This document shows positions 62,659 to 64,000 of a DNA stretch of 64,000 bases, in pieces. Source of the stretch: an uncultured Candidatus Saccharibacteria bacterium (GTDB lineage Bacteria; Patescibacteriota; Minisyncoccia; Phycocordibacterales; CAYSCM01); assembly GCA_964429815.1 (NCBI GenBank), contig CAYSCM010000001.1, forward strand, positions 416,001-480,000, read 5' to 3'. Both the position numbers and the translations under genes were made by a program. Under the pieces are notes generated by a model, which was not told where the DNA came from, did no database searches, and saw only the letters and a list, made by a program, of their open reading frames with translations. How positions within the stretch are numbered: the stretch's first letter is position 1; each line of letters begins with the position of its first letter.

Positions 62659-62702
62659 GGCGAGCTTCCTGCGGCTGAAAAGTCGGCCCCAAAAAGCTCG
62701 TC
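62659..62702 (+). promoter_or_regulatory. conserved 5'-leader stem-loop, copy B
   Basis: ggcgagcttcctgc-ggctgaaaagtcggcc-ccaaaaagctcgtc. Outer-stem pairs G-U and C-G occupy the positions where copy A has A-U and U-G. Confidence 0.45.
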
Positions 62703-62752
62703 TCAATCAAGAGGTAGCCGCTCGCCCAAGCGTAGGGCACAGGAGAACGACG

Positions 62753-63538
62753 ATGACGACCGCCAGGTCTATCACGTCCGAACAGCGTACCCAGTACAAT
62801 CGCTTCGTGCAGGATGGAGGCCGCAAGGCTCTTCGCCAAGCCGGTCTCGACAGGGAGGGTCTGCAACGGCTCTTCAAACGCGGCGGCGAATTCCAAGCCC
62901 ATATCTTGGAAGGCGTCAAGCGTTTTTCGGCGAAGCAGCCGGACTACACGCTGGCGCAATCCATCCTCGGCGTCGATTTCATCACGCCGGAGGAGCTCAT
63001 GAAAGTGTCGGCGGTAATTTACGAGGACAAGCACCTCGCTTCGCTCCACGACACTGTCCCGCCGGAAGACGTTCTGCGTTGGTGCAAAGACCATAATTAC
63101 GTCGTGGTCGCGGCCCCACCCTATCCGATAAACTTGCTCAACATCCGCATGCTCGACAGCAGCCTCTTCTATTCCAAAACGGGCGGCTGGTATTCCGAGC
63201 AGAAGTTCGCGAGCGAGAACAAGACCAACACGGGCTGGCTCATGATCCGCAAGGATCCTGTGCCGAAATCGACCAGCAAGAACTGGGACGAGCAGAACCA
63301 GCTCGTCTTCGGCGTCGAGCACGTTCCGAATTCGGCCGAGGTGAGTTGGCTTGTCACGACCTATTTCAAGGTTCGCGGCGTCCGGCTCTTCGAGAACATC
63401 TACGTCAGATGTTCCGATCTCGACTCGGGCGGCAACCGCGTCTACGTCGGCTACTTCGACTCGGAGGGTCTCCGCGTCAGCTTCTACTGGGACGACTTCC
63501 GCCACGACCTCCTCGGGTTGTCCTCCGCCCGGAAGTAA
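62753..63538 (+). CDS. hypothetical protein, paralog B (261 aa)
   Basis: Start set to ATG 62753 with SD cAGGAGAacgacg-ATG. The track ORF 62606 includes the leader. Homologous to paralog A over the C-terminal roughly 150 aa. Confidence 0.55.
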   Translation: MTTARSITSEQRTQYNRFVQDGGRKALRQAGLDREGLQRLFKRGGEFQAHILEGVKRFSAKQPDYTLAQSILGVDFITPEELMKVSAVIYEDKHLASLHDTVPPEDVLRWCKDHNYVVVAAPPYPINLLNIRMLDSSLFYSKTGGWYSEQKFASENKTNTGWLMIRKDPVPKSTSKNWDEQNQLVFGVEHVPNSAEVSWLVTTYFKVRGVRLFENIYVRCSDLDSGGNRVYVGYFDSEGLRVSFYWDDFRHDLLGLSSARK

Positions 63539-63573
63539 CCTTGAATCTTGAGGCCTCGGCCTCTTGTTCCCTT

Positions 63574-63612
63574 GAGCCCCCGCGAAATTTTTCGCGGGGG
63601 CTCTTTGTTTTT
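63574..63612 (+). terminator. intrinsic terminator after paralog B
   Basis: gagcccccgcgaaa-tt-tttcgcgggggctc, then tttgttttt. Confidence 0.7.
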
Positions 63613-63644
63613 AGAGTGAAAAATTTGTTCTTAAGGAATGGTCA

Positions 63645-63673
63645 TTGACGCAATAGAAGCTATGTGTCATAAT
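63645..63673 (+). promoter_or_regulatory. near-consensus sigma70 promoter TTGACG-17-(TGt)CATAAT, leaderless start
   Basis: ttgacg(63645-50), 17-nt spacer, tgtcataat. ATG at 63680 is 7 nt downstream of the -10. Confidence 0.55.
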
Positions 63674-63679
63674 TGAGGC

Positions 63680-63856
63680 ATGACAGGCAAGCGAGCCCAT
63701 AACCCGACCCGAGGCCCCATCAAGACTTTTATGGAGAATGGCCACTGGAGCGTTAAGCGCCACAAGACGGTCATTTTGGTGTGCCGCTCATGCGGCGGGA
63801 AATATGTAAAGACGCGTGATCGGCAGACCATGTGTTTGCGCTGTCTCCTCGCCTAA
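63680..63856 (+). CDS. hypothetical small zinc-ribbon protein (58 aa)
   Basis: MTGKRAHNPTRGPIKTFMENGHWSVKRHKTVILVCRSCGGKYVKTRDRQTMCLRCLLA with CxxC-x17-CxxC. Absent from the ORF track (<60 aa). Confidence 0.4.
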   Translation: MTGKRAHNPTRGPIKTFMENGHWSVKRHKTVILVCRSCGGKYVKTRDRQTMCLRCLLA

Positions 63857-64000
63857 CGGGATCACAAACGAGCGCCGCGCATCAAAACGATGCGCGGCGC
63901 TTTGCGTTTACGACACACTCTGCCAGTATAGGAAAGCATGGACGTCTGCAGCAAAAGAAAAACGGCCGGCTTTGTGCCCTATCGGATGGGCGGCCACTCC

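Overview
This 64-kb window reads as a chromosomal segment of a moderately high-GC bacterium with a compact, reduced gene set. I tentatively infer a Patescibacteria/CPR-like organism from the short IF2, the 4-domain S1 and the DUF4446, DM13, DUF4870 and pilin-like proteins. About 70 genes, mostly housekeeping, are present: hisS-like (partial), lepB, pth, rpsA, gyrA, infB, rbfA, clpB, rpmG, miaA, topA, dprA, serS, ftsQ-like, dus, dnaX, relA/spoT, parB, a cysteine desulfurase, a P-type ATPase, an MFS transporter and an RND pump. There are nine tRNAs: Leu(TAG), Lys(CTT), Leu(TAA), Cys(GCA), Tyr(GTA), Trp(CCA), Leu(CAA), Gln(TTG) and one tRNA-punctuated NUDIX gene. No rRNA, CRISPR array or intact IS element was seen. 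The most interesting content is accessory. (1) A tandem array of four small secreted two-transmembrane proteins with TrbC/VirB2-like (T4SS pilin) architecture lies at 9554-11032. A second locus at 25074-27813 has the same pilin-like domain fused to a Cys-rich surface domain and to a peptidase-M15 (cell-wall hydrolase) domain. (2) A 1.5-kb cassette sits directly downstream of tRNA-Leu(TAA). It is bracketed by a 19-25 nt duplicate of the tRNA 3' end and by 77-bp near-perfect inverted repeats, and carries two unknown membrane/secreted proteins but no integrase. (3) A roughly 30-bp palindromic motif occurs three times: once as a 34-bp perfect palindrome and twice flanking an ArsR-family regulator that sits between secreted glycosidase-like genes. 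(4) A tandemly duplicated promoter-leader-gene-terminator unit encodes two unknown paralogs whose 5' leader hairpin shows compensatory changes. (5) The rpsA upstream region is highly structured and holds a tiny Gly-rich ORF with a consensus SD. Several genes appear to be leaderless, with the -10 element 6-8 nt before the ATG. The ORF track labels TTG/GTG first codons as M; several starts were moved to internal ATGs where RBS, tRNA or family evidence supported it.
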